Assembly (NCBI GenBank): GCA_002104905.1 | Contig: MCFE01000004.1 | Location: 216,067 to 280,066 of the forward strand | Length of the DNA stretch: 64,000 nucleotides | Reading direction: 5' to 3' | Source of the DNA: Basidiobolus meristosporus CBS 931.73 | Lineage: Eukaryota; Fungi; Basidiobolomycota | In this document: in pieces, positions 51,260 to 61,646 of the stretch | How positions within the stretch are numbered: the first letter of the stretch is position 1 | Layout: each line of letters starts with the position of its first letter | The notes under the pieces: generated by a model | What the model was told of the DNA's origin: nothing | Seen by the model: only the letters and a program-made list of their open reading frames with translations | The model's database searches: none | Program-made: the position numbers and the translations under genes

Positions 51260-52813
51260 ATGTTTAAGCAGCTCAAGTTCTCGCTGCGTAAGGGAACTGA
51301 GAAGGAAAACCTGCACCAACAACCTTTTGGATTATCAAATCGAGGTTCAGGACAACTTTCAGGAGCACTGAAACGCCTCAAGAGCGTTTGTAACTTTAGC
51401 AGCAATGGAGTTACTTTGAACGAAGAGCTTATGGACTGGGTATATGACCGTGATAAGTCAAGCGTTACGACAGCAGATGGCCTAGAAAGCACCAAGATTC
51501 CCAAGCGAAGGCTGAGGAGGTGAATAATTGGAAGTTATAGAGGCCTTTAAATTTGTGTTAAACCTCGACCTCCGTAGATCTTCCTTTTTTCTACAAACCA
51601 CCGAGAAGGATAAACTCGAGGAGGCAGGTGCAGGTGTATTGTACATCCGAGGTAATCTTTAGTCTGTTCAAACTCCCCTCCAAGCTCACTCTTACTTATA
51701 CCGCTTTAGTTCATCAATTACAATATCAAGGAAAGAAAAGTAGGCATTTTTGCGACAATAGCATCGGGATAGCTATCTCATAAGCACAAAAATCCATTCC
51801 TTCCAAAAGGTTATGAAGTCAAGTATCGACTACGGGTGGCTTTTCGAGATTCATCATCTACGAATATGACGGTTTCCCAACAGGGCAAGGATGTTTACGC
51901 TATTTTCCCAGAGGAGATACTCCTATTGTAAGCAAGAGCTTGGCGCCCATTCATTCGAAGGTCTAATTGAACTTTGTTATCTAGTGACGTTGACAAACCC
52001 TTTTCAATTCAACTAGAGCTAATTGCACTTCGCGAGACTGGCGCTTCTTCCTCGAGATTAATGCGCAAAATCAACAAACGCGATGAGTTCCCAGCTACAA
52101 TTGGCACTCTGCATCTAAGCTTCCCTCTGACCAGCCTAGGAAAAGCCACTGATACGTACATTTTGAACTGTGAAAATGAGTTGGACATCAAATCAGCCCA
52201 ATCAGTGTTGACAGTTGGAATGTGCAAAATTAACCCCAGGCTCCGGACTCCAAATAGGGGAGCATGCTGCATATCGCCAGACACTATTCTACATGAGGGC
52301 ACCATAACAGTGTACAAGCGTATTAGAAGTTTTGTGGTTGGTGGTAGTTTTGTGTATTTCTGTACGTAATTGCTAATATCGTAAATCCAATTAGTGCGAC
52401 TGGATTCAGTACCACGGAGTATTGAAGCCAGGCATGCTTTACTTGTACAACAAATGCGATCCAAAGGTACCCTCTGTGTTGTATATTCATCTGTTATAAG
52501 TGGACTTATGTATCTCGGCCAGAATCTCGTTTCAACAATTCCTTTGGGCCGACTGCTGAAAATCACTACACAAAACCCGGAGTACACATATTTGGGTATT
52601 GGTTGCTTCGAGTTAACCTTTGAAAAGGCTGCATTTGAATGCCTACCTGAATTAGATGACGAGGAGTTACCGACCGAATGGAAACTGTTCCTCATGGTTG
52701 AAGGCCAAACTGACCTAGAAAAATGGGTCAATCATCTTGACGAGGCCCGGAAAACCACCCTTCCTGATCATGAGACTTGCTTGATCAGCAGCACCTATCT
52801 TGTAACATCATAA
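51260..52813 (+). CDS. Anillin/Bud4-like protein (C2-like + PH domain), multi-exon
   Basis: GAGVLYIRVH.. C2-like start; PH-like LHEGTITVYKR..WIQYHGVLKPGMLYLYN..CFELTF..LEKWVNHL; splice sites plausible. Confidence 0.55.
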
Positions 52814-54002
52814 CCAAAGTTACATCAACATTGACTTGTTTTGGTTAGGCCAGGTAAAAATACCTATAGTATTGTATATTCTGCTGATTAGCCATTGACC
52901 AATACGAGATTCGTACGAAACATCTATGGGGTATTGCTGCTGACATAAAAGGGGTTGTGGCAGAAGAAGCGAGCATCGAAAAGGCAAATAGTACGGATAT
53001 ATATATATTCCCTAGCTTTAAGCCTACTACCCAGTTGAAGTACAACGCAAATATAGATTTCACATATACATCCAACCTCATAACTCGATATTGCCAGGCA
53101 AAAAGCAATACAACTCCCCCACTATATTTCAAAACTCATTGAAAATGTCCAATTTGTCACAAGCGTGTTCAAAAGAAAGCAGAATGTCCCGATGCTTAGG
53201 TATCATTGTATCATGGGTTTCCCATCGCAATGAGGTTTTACATACATCGTGAGTCTATCTTGAGCAATGTCTGGCTACTTCTCTCAAGGATAAGCAAGAA
53301 GTAGAATTAAGTTGCTCGTTAAAATTCGTGAGATATAATGAATCTAAGCCCAGCGCAATTCGATTTTCTACCCTTCGAATTATGGGTGGAATTGTGGGAT
53401 GATCAGAAAATCCATCGATTCAGATCACGTTTTACCCGACCACCTTATAATGGATGAATGGTGCTGGTGAAAGTGACTACGCAGGTTACAATAACGTCAG
53501 CCACTATGATGATGAAGTATCACATTGCTCAGACATAGGCAAGAATATTCCTCAAGAAGCGCCAAGTCCTATTTGCTAGTTTAATGCAATAGCAAATTAT
53601 AAAATATAGGTTTCTACTTCTCTGCTTCATAACAATTTCAGCATTTTCTTCAAATTTTATACTAGAATAATTACTCGTATATCCACTTACAATCATCCTA
53701 GAGAGCACCTTAAGCTCCAAACATGGTTTACCATTAGTTAGATTAAAGTCCAGTTTCTTTGTATATGCTGAGAATGTACTTGCCTAATTTGTGTACCTTG
53801 CAGAGTACTTCTATAGGTGCAATACTTCAATTGAACGTATTATTGTTGTGGAAGTTATGGAGAACTTGGAAGCAATTTGAGGAGTAAGTAGAGCATATGG
53901 CCTTCAATTGAAAACATAAATGCTGTATATACCCTTTCCAAGTCTTGGTAGAATAAGTACATATACTACATTCAAAATGTTCCATCAGACATGTGTGCAA
54001 AG

Positions 54003-54830
54003 TGTTGTAGATATTCAGTTTACACTCAAGTCACTTATATAACGTAAGTTTCTTTTTAGATTACTGCCAAGTTGTCAATTGTCTACTTAGAAAATAGCTT
54101 GTAAGATATTGACTAATTCTAGGAAATAGTGAAGGCCTGGAAGTTTTCAATATTTCTAACTCATGAAGGTCCCCGAGCTTTGAGCACTACTTTCTGTGGT
54201 GAATTTTGTAATTACACCTAAAGATTCTCCTAACTTGGTCGCTTAGATCATTGCCTACAAACCTTAGAAAATTCTGACCAAATTCCTTGTCAGGATTTAC
54301 TTGCAATATTTTCACCAAAATATCAGGTACCCATAACGTGTGATTTCTCAAATTTGTCCAAACAGCCCCAAACACTGAGCCTAAGTGCAGAGTGAGAGAG
54401 CTGATGCTTGGTAAAAAAGCTGCTTTATGACTGTTGCAAAGCTTTTGAGAGTATTTGAAGCAACTTGAAGCACTAGAGGAATTGCACAATACTTACGGGT
54501 TACTTTAATAAGTACTCAGAGTATAAAATCTCTCAACATTGTCCAAACAGCCCCAAACTTTGCACACATGTTCTTGGGACCTTTCTAAGCATATTCTACG
54601 TGTTTATACTTTACATGGCCTTGGCAAAACAAATACTACCTTTCATTCAATAGACCATTAAACAAAAACCATATAATCTACTTGTTCTCCCAATCACTTC
54701 TAATATCTCCAAGACTCTTACAACACTTTCTGGGACCTTTCTCAGCATATACTTATGGCTAGTCTTACAAAGTGCACTTAAAAGTATAACACTTTATTTG
54801 AACTCAATAAAACAACAAATAAATTCTACT
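54003..54830 (+). mobile_element. Older, degenerate solo-LTR-like sequence interrupted by a younger LTR
   Basis: Starts TGTTG at 54003; sequence after 54730 (TGGGACCTTTCT...AGTATAA...AATAAA) resembles the LTR second half; right end uncertain. Confidence 0.45.
54195..54725 (+). mobile_element. Solo LTR with 5-bp TSD CTTTC and an internal ~180-bp expansion
   Basis: TGTGG...CAACA ends; CTTTC at 54190-54194 and 54726-54730; aligns end-to-end with the reverse complement of 59382-59730; ~28-bp direct repeat at ~54346 and ~54531. Confidence 0.8.
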
Positions 54831-56349
54831 AGTCCTACAAATGGTAGTTGTGTAGTAGGCCTCAATGATGATGAAATATTCGGTAAGCAGTGCAAATACA
54901 AATGAGTCCGGAATATTCTAAAGATACTCGGTACAACTGCCACTCAGCTTTGTATTTCACTTGGTTGTGATCTGATGGCACACTTGTCCTCCACAATTAC
55001 AATAATCAAGCATAACACTTTGGTTCTGTCCATCACTTGCTTACATTTAAGAGCAGGGTTGCACAATGGAATCTTCAATGCAAATTGCATGTGATTCCGT
55101 ATAGGCACTTGGGCCCAAAACCTGAAATGGTGGGCGAATTAAGCAGCACATCCTTCAATCGTACTCAAAGCTACCAGTTTATTCAGGTGTTGGGATTCAT
55201 CTGTCTACCAGGACAATGTCTAGACTTCAAGATATGCTTCACTATTTTATGGTATATGGGGATATGGGGATATCTAGTTTCATCCGTGATTCTACCTGGA
55301 TCCCTGAAGTTGTTCTGTACTCGGTGAAATTGCGATTAGTGTTGTAGGCTGCTTGGATAAATCAGTCAAATGACTATAGGCCGATCTACAGAAATACCAT
55401 GTTGGTGGAACAACCATTCTAGTATGCATTCCATCAATAAAACCATTCTAGTATGTATTCCATAAATTCTTGCTGGGGAGCTAAGGAAATCTGATGGATT
55501 ATATGCCCGCCTAATTCAGCTTATTGCAGACGCAATCTGATCGCAAAAATCATTGCTGATTACAAGCAGTGCGTAAAGTGTGACTCGATGTAACATTTGG
55601 ATGATGGATCTCTCTGCAAGATGAGTACACATTTCTAAATCAGGGTTTGAGGGTGGAATTGCCAGTTTTATTCACGGAGATACGAACCCTGATCTATACC
55701 TACCTGGTTACAATACTTGTCCACTGCGCATAGCAACATGGTGAAGTTACCAACTGCAAGATGAAGGGAATTGTGCAAGTAAGCACTATTAATGCAACAT
55801 CTATTGAAGCTTGAGGAAGAAAGTATAAGCGTGGCTCATTGATATTTGTAACATGTGTAGCTTAAATCCTGTTCACTATCAGGTGAAGCATGCTGCAATT
55901 TGCTCGGAAGGTGTGGGTTCTTCAGAAAACGTCCATTACCGCTGCAAGTTGACCATATGTCTCACTTGGCTGTGCGGAAAGTAACACACACGTACTTATG
56001 GTCTACAGGCCAACCCCACACCCTCCCAAGTTCTTATATCAGAACTCCTACATCAGCTAAGTGATGCCAATAGCGCGGCTGTACTAATCACATACATTAT
56101 CTGTACTCAAAGACCCACTTCCCGGTGGCCGTTCTCCCCAAACTCGGTAGATGAATCTCCATTCCAGGTACTGTTATAATGTCACGCTATCAGCCAATGA
56201 TTTCATCCTCATCGCATATTGTCCCAACCAGATTCGATGAATATATAGGAATGCAGTGTTCTCACATATTAAACATTACAGCATGCAAAATATACGAGAT
56301 ATCACACTTACTAGGTGAATAGACGTCTATCGATCCATTCTTTATTATG

Positions 56350-57057
56350 TTACCAAATAGGCTTGTATCTGGTTCCTACATGGTTTACAATCTTGACCTT
56401 TGTCTTGTACCTTTTGTTTGTCATGGAGAAGTACATGTCGATGGGAAGATGTACTTTACCCTTATAGTAGTTGCTCAATAGCTGGACTAGGCCTTGCCTG
56501 GATATAACGAACGCCTGTGTACCCCAGTCGTATATCGAGTGTGCGGTGTCAGCATTGAAAAGCGAGTAAAAATCCAGATCAACTTCAGTGGAATACCTGG
56601 CCAGCCAGCATTCGATTTCCATAATAAACCTCTGCTTGTCGGTCAATACCACGTCATCCTCGATAAAGACAAAGTAGTCCTCGGCACTCAGCTTCAGTTG
56701 TCGATTGAACATTATTGCATACGTGTTAAGGATCCTAGAGGGCCAGCTGAGATCTATATCCTTGTAAAGATAATCTGCTGTAGGGTTGTATAGTGTGATG
56801 TTGAAGTCATTCCAGGAGTCTCCATTCCACTCAGGTCTGCCATTTAAAACCACTATAGACTTGTTCCAGCCGGAAGCTGATCCCTTGGCGCAAATATCCC
56901 AGTTTGAATCTGCTCTACCTAGTGCTTTACGTAGCTCGACGCTTATGTTAGACGAAGATGCCAATAAGATCACAGTGATAGCAAAAACAATGACAATGGT
57001 AGTAAAGGCGTATAGCCTCCATTTCCTAAAAGAAGATACAACTCGATAAGTGCGCAT
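56350..57057 (-). CDS. Glycosyltransferase family 25-like type II membrane protein
   Basis: N-terminal TM anchor; FVFIEDDVVL (DxD-like), WGTQAFVISRQGLVQLL, LPIDMYF. Confidence 0.7.
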   Translation of the reverse strand: MRTYRVVSSFRKWRLYAFTTIVIVFAITVILLASSSNISVELRKALGRADSNWDICAKGSASGWNKSIVVLNGRPEWNGDSWNDFNITLYNPTADYLYKDIDLSWPSRILNTYAIMFNRQLKLSAEDYFVFIEDDVVLTDKQRFIMEIECWLARYSTEVDLDFYSLFNADTAHSIYDWGTQAFVISRQGLVQLLSNYYKGKVHLPIDMYFSMTNKRYKTKVKIVNHVGTRYKPIW

Positions 57058-57149
57058 GGAGCAATACTGATGAGGGACAATGCATTTATATTACTACCGC
57101 TATGTTCCGGAACAAACTGCTATACTTCTTTGTAGCACAAGTGGACAAA

Positions 57150-57650
57150 AGCCCATGATAACTTGGAATATACTACTGATGTCGTGGATTAGGTTGGTCA
57201 TGGTCAACTCCCCCATTGGGCCTAATCAATTCCTTGATTTTATTTGTACTTAAGACCTCGTGGATGGCAAAGGCATCATAATGGCTTTTGAAACTGATGG
57301 ATCCACAATGGACACAAATCCCACTACTTGGTCAAATGAAATTACACTTGAATCCTATTCTAGCTGCAGTGATAGTACAGCACAAATCAGTGGTAATTTG
57401 ATCATATCCTATTTTTACAGTCCAGTTGCTAAGTCTCAATAAAAATGAGCAGCCTTAGGTAGCCTACTAATGCTTTGTCACTGGGTATGGCTAGTCACCA
57501 CGTTGCTGGAGTCATAGCTTTAATGTTAGCTGAGGATTTCTTATCAACCCTTTAACCAATGTATGACCCTTTGCTTTGGGCCACTACAAAAGTGCAAAAA
57601 ATCCCTCTTACGGGAGCCACTTAGAACCTTCTGCCTCTCAATCCTTTGAC
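57150..57650 (+). pseudogene. Subtilisin (S8) protease remnant
   Basis: D*VGHGQ (His motif), KGIIMAF..NEITL, LSLGMASHHVAGVIALMLAE (GTSMASPHVAG motif), GAT*NLL C-terminus; stops and frameshifts. Confidence 0.6.
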
Positions 57651-57845
57651 ATAATTCTAAAGAAATAAGCTACAATGTTGTGTGTTTACTGTCTAATAAG
57701 TACTCTGCTTTATACTTGCAAATTCTTGAAATGTAGCATAGGATAAACAAGTAATCTGCCTTTTACTAAGAGGCACTTAAAGAACTTGGCTCTGGCAACA
57801 GGGTGCAGTGAGGGGTCTACTTTACCATCACAACATCCTGAAATC

Positions 57846-57980
57846 TGTTGTAAAAGTTTGTATCTCCCCCTAAATACTCACCTATTACCTCTAAACCTTT
57901 GAGAATACTGACCAAATTCCTTGTTAGGATTTACTTGAATTTTTTTTACCAAAAACATTAGGTACCCATAAGATGAAAAG
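57846..57980 (+). mobile_element. Truncated solo LTR (5' part only), cut at the first telomeric retroelement junction
   Basis: TGTTG start; CTGACCAAATTCCTTGTTAGGATTTACTTG...GGTACCCATA matches ~54274-54335; ends abruptly at GATTAGGGGGG. Confidence 0.7.
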
Positions 57981-58785
57981 GATTAGGGGGGTTGATAATC
58001 ACCAAAGGTTGAAATCTTTATTTAAATCATAAATAGAGAAGCCAAGTTGGAATATGGATAGCTGAGATGCAGAAAGCCTACAAGATAAACTTGGACTTAG
58101 TTGTTTCCCAGATATCCTTAATGTCAAAGTCTGGAGGAGAATGCAGAAAGACTGCTTGTTGTCTCTAGTACTTGTTGCATCCAAGAGAAAAGTGTAATAA
58201 AACTCTTGAATGATTTGACTGAACATAAGTGACAACTAGGTGCAGAATCTTAGAATTGTCAGAGAGTGGTGGGAATATAAGCAGAGAGGTTCTGGTATAA
58301 TATTGGTCTTGTATATAGCTGGGTTTGGCTATAAAGGCAACAGAGTTGGTTTGCTATGCAGGCTAGGCTTGGTGTTCACAGGAGTGCTTGATATGCTAGG
58401 CTTGGGTAGAAACTAGAATGTAATTGTTGAATTCTTATTTTTGCTAAGAAACAATCTTAAATATGTTGGGACACATACTAAATCAAAAGGTTTGGTAAGC
58501 TTTATTTATACTTTTCTGATCAAGTTGCATTAGTAAGCACCAAGAGTCTGGACTAATTAAAATCTGTTGGGGTGCTGATAAGTGCATAAGATAAATGAGA
58601 AATTGCATCCTTAATCAGCTGATGTCATGGCAACTACTAAGTGGTTGCATAGATCTTGGATGATTAATTACTTGGAAAGGCTTAGCAGATTAGTTGAGGA
58701 CATAATGTCTGCATCAAAATTGCTCAGGTGTGACAGCTAAAAATAGATTCCAAGAGGTGATAAAATAAACCATAACTGGAATTAG
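57981..58785 (-). mobile_element. Telomeric retroelement family C, degenerate 3' fragment
   Basis: Junction GATTAGGGGGG..TAATCACCAAAGGTTGAAATCTTTATTT; minus-strand remnant TSLLIFPPLSDNSKILHLVVTYVQ resembles family A C-terminus SSLLINLPANSPQLHTLVSKLQ. Confidence 0.55.
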
Positions 58786-59024
58786 TTATATATGGGGGAG
58801 GAAAGTCACCAAGTGGTGAAATCTTTATTCACTTGAGACAAGCATATACAGAAGCCATATTAATCTGAAGTTAATCCTAGAAAGCTAGTTCTGAGAGATA
58901 TCATCTTGGTAAGACAGGTCTGAGAGTTAAGAAGCTGAGTGGTACTGTATTTCCTAGTTAGCTAAGTCTGAGAGAGGTTTCCTGGAAAGCCAGGTCTGAG
59001 AGGAGAGAATCTGAGTATATCTGA
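58786..59024 (-). mobile_element. Telomeric element family B, copy 1 (3' fragment)
   Basis: GGGGGAGGAAAGTCACCAAGTGGTGAAATCTTTATT then internal repeats GCYAGGTCTGAGAG; homologous to 59072-59283. Confidence 0.8.
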
Positions 59025-59071
59025 GGTAAGGGGGGGGGAGACAGTCACTAACAGGAGAAGTCTTTATCTCA
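59025..59071 (-). mobile_element. Family A 3' stub (47 bp)
   Basis: GGTAAG(G)nAGACAGTCACTAACAGGAGAAGTCTTTATCTCA. Confidence 0.8.
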
Positions 59072-59283
59072 GTTAGGGGAGGGAGGAAAGCCACCAAGTG
59101 GTGAAATCTTTATTTACTTATGACAAGTATCTAAAGAAGCCAAGTTAATCTGAGGTAATTCCTAGAAAGCTAGGTCTGAGAGATATCTTCCTGGTAAGCC
59201 AGGTCTGAGAGTTGAGAAGCTGAGTGGTACTATATTTCCTAGTAAGCTAGGTCTGTGAGAGGTTTCCTAGAAAGCCAGGCCCA
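59072..59283 (-). mobile_element. Telomeric element family B, copy 2 (3' fragment)
   Basis: GTTAGGGGAGGGAGGAAAGCCACCAAGTGGTGAAATCTTTATTTACTTATGACAAG... Confidence 0.85.
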
Positions 59284-61646
59284 GGTTAGGGTTAGGGTTA
59301 GGGGGGAGACAGTCACCAACTGGTGAAATCATTATTCCAGTTAAAACAAAGAAGCCAGCACTACTGTTGTAGCTTTGATACTGTTGCAATATTCTGAGGA
59401 GTATTGGAAGTGATGTGGAGAACTAGAAGATTTACATGTTATTCACTTGTAGATTTATTGATCAAAAGTATGGTATTTATACTTTTGATAAAGTAGAGGA
59501 AACAAACGTGTGGAGTTTGTTAAGGAAGGTCCCAAGAATATGTGTGCAAAGTTTGGGGTCTTTTGGACGACTTTGAGAAAAATAATAATCTGGGTACCTG
59601 ACAATTTGGTGAAAATATTCTAAGTAAATCCCGACAAGAAATCTAGTCAGGACAGAATGCTAATCACAGAATAAGATCTATGTGACTAAGTTAGCATGAA
59701 TATTTAGGTGACAATTCAATAATTACAACAGATACAAGAATGTGTAGCTGAGGGGAATTTGTAGGTAAGTTAATAAGAAGTGATGATAGCTCTTCAGTGC
59801 TCAAAACACTGTTCAGTGGGAAGGGGGGTAGCAAGGGAGGTAAGAATGACTTGTGAACAACATTAATGAGAGGAATGTGATAAGGATTGATATTCATCAT
59901 AAAGGGAGTGTGCTGCTGCAGATATTGCTGCCAAAGGTCTGTCAAGTACTTCAGGTAGGCCAGCTTGGGTTTTTCTGACTGCAGAATAAATTCAGCAAAC
60001 TTCTTGATTTCAGGATCTCCAAGTATAGTTCTCCAGCAGGAGTCAGGTGTAGTGGGGTGTGTTCTCTTCCAGGCCTTAATCAGTGGGTTGTTGCAGTGGA
60101 GAAGTCTAAGATATAATCTGGTTCTAAGGTAGAGAAGTCTGATCTTATAGGGCATCAACCCAAAAGCACCAAGAATAGCATGTCTGTAGGGGCATTCAGG
60201 CAAATGAGGCACTAAGGGGGTAATGCACCATACTGCAAACTTGTCAAGCTTAGTGCAGTCTCTAGAAGTAAGAGAGAGAAGTGGTAAGCCAAATTCCAGG
60301 ACAGTGAAGACAAACTGCTTGAGTAGAAGGAGGCAGCTGGGAGCTGAAGTTCAAGGAGGAGTAACAGCCAGTAGCTTGTGGAGTGCCTGTCTTGCCAGGA
60401 TAATTCTCTTCTTCAGGTGTGCTCCAGAGTCTAGTCCAGTAGGAAGGAAAGGAAAGCCAAGATATGTAGCAGAAACCTGAGCAGGTGGAGTGGAGTTCTC
60501 CAAGTTGATGGGAGAGCCCAAAGGTACTGTCTTTGCAATGGAAAGCTGGAGATTATTCTTCTGTAGATACTGGTGGATGGTCTGGGAGTCTTGTTGCACA
60601 TTGGAGGAGGATATTCTGATGTCATCAGCAAAGAGAGTAACCATGCAGTCAGCTGAGAGTCTTGGGAAATCATTCAGGAAGATGGCAAACAGTATAGGAC
60701 CAAGCACAGAGCCTTGAACCACTCCATTAGCAACTGAGAACACAGCTGATTGCTCACTTGGGTGAAGAATTCTTGCTTGTGGATCCAGAAACAGAGACCT
60801 GACAAGGAGGGTGAGAGAGGTACTGGAGAAGCATTGCAACTTGGACCAAGGCAGATTTCTGTCAACTGAATCAAAGGCCTTAGTAATATCAAACACAACA
60901 GAGGGATACTTGCACTGGAGAGAGTGATCTTGGCTAAGTATGACTGCATATTCCAAGGAGAGGCCAGGAACAAAGCCAAACTGTGCAGGGTGAAACTTGA
61001 GGGAGTCAGAGTAGAGCTCCTGAGCAATCAGAAGCTCAAACACCTTTCTGCAGGTGGGCAGCAGAGATATTGGCCTGTAGGAGCTAGGATCCATGTGCTT
61101 TCCTTTACCCTTGTACAGTGGCAGAGCATTTGCAAAGGACCATTCCTCAGGAGTAGAAAGCTGGGCTGAGCATTGTTGAAACAGTGGAAGCAGAAGTGCA
61201 GACATGGCCTTGGTACTAGTCTTCAGAAGCTCATAGGAGATTGTGTCCACACCTGGGGCAGTAGAGTTGGGAAGCCTCTTGTGCACATTATGGATTCTCC
61301 CTTAATGAGGTGCAAGTGGGATGGGCAGAGTCTTGAAGTCAGGATGAAAGCCAGGAGTTGAGTACTGCTTTGTAGAGAAGAAGATGTTAGCCAGCTGTTC
61401 TGTTGAAGGTAACTTCCTGGAAGAGGGCCTCATTGCCCTGTAGAGTCTCAATACTGTTCTTGTTATAGAGTTGGAAGATTGCAGAGGCAAAGAACTAATA
61501 ATATGATCCCAGAGCTGAGTATGCAGAGTGAGGTGAATTGCCTTGGAGTGGTGTATTGCTGTCAGGAGGAGTTTCTCTGTTTTTGGGTTAGGGAAACTCA
61601 GGTAGCTTTGTTGCAGGGCTGAAACAATGGATTCCCATTTTCTTGA
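59284..61646 (-). mobile_element. Telomeric LINE-type retroelement family A, inner copy (RT pseudogene: 2 in-frame stops plus solo-LTR insertion)
   Basis: Starts after (GGTTAG)3; ORF pieces 61302-61490, 60351-61286 and 59691-60212 are collinear with the outer RT; stops at 61302 (TAA) and 60351 (TGA). Confidence 0.92.
59382..59730 (-). mobile_element. Solo LTR (349 bp) with 5-bp TSD GATAC
   Basis: TGTTG...CAACA inverted ends; GATAC at 59377-59381 and 59731-59735; removing it restores the uninterrupted CTTTGATACAAGA seen near 61728; TATAAATA then AATAAA on the minus strand. Confidence 0.9.

Noticed and set aside
52009-52731. 240-aa minus-strand ORF
   Set aside because: Antisense to the plus-strand anillin-like exons, which have splice signals and domain-like motifs
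52845-53720. Membrane-protein-like minus-strand fragments
   Set aside because: Multiple stops, AT-rich bias can explain the hydrophobicity, and no family could be assigned
55412-55465. 29-bp tandem duplication AACCATTCTAGTATGYATTCCAT
   Set aside because: Two copies only in decayed DNA; ordinary slippage
54195-59730. Inverted repeats at 54.2-54.7 kb and 59.4-59.7 kb as TIRs of a Pack-MULE carrying the GT25 gene
   Set aside because: Each repeat has its own TG...CA ends and its own 5-bp TSD, so they are independent solo LTRs in opposite orientation
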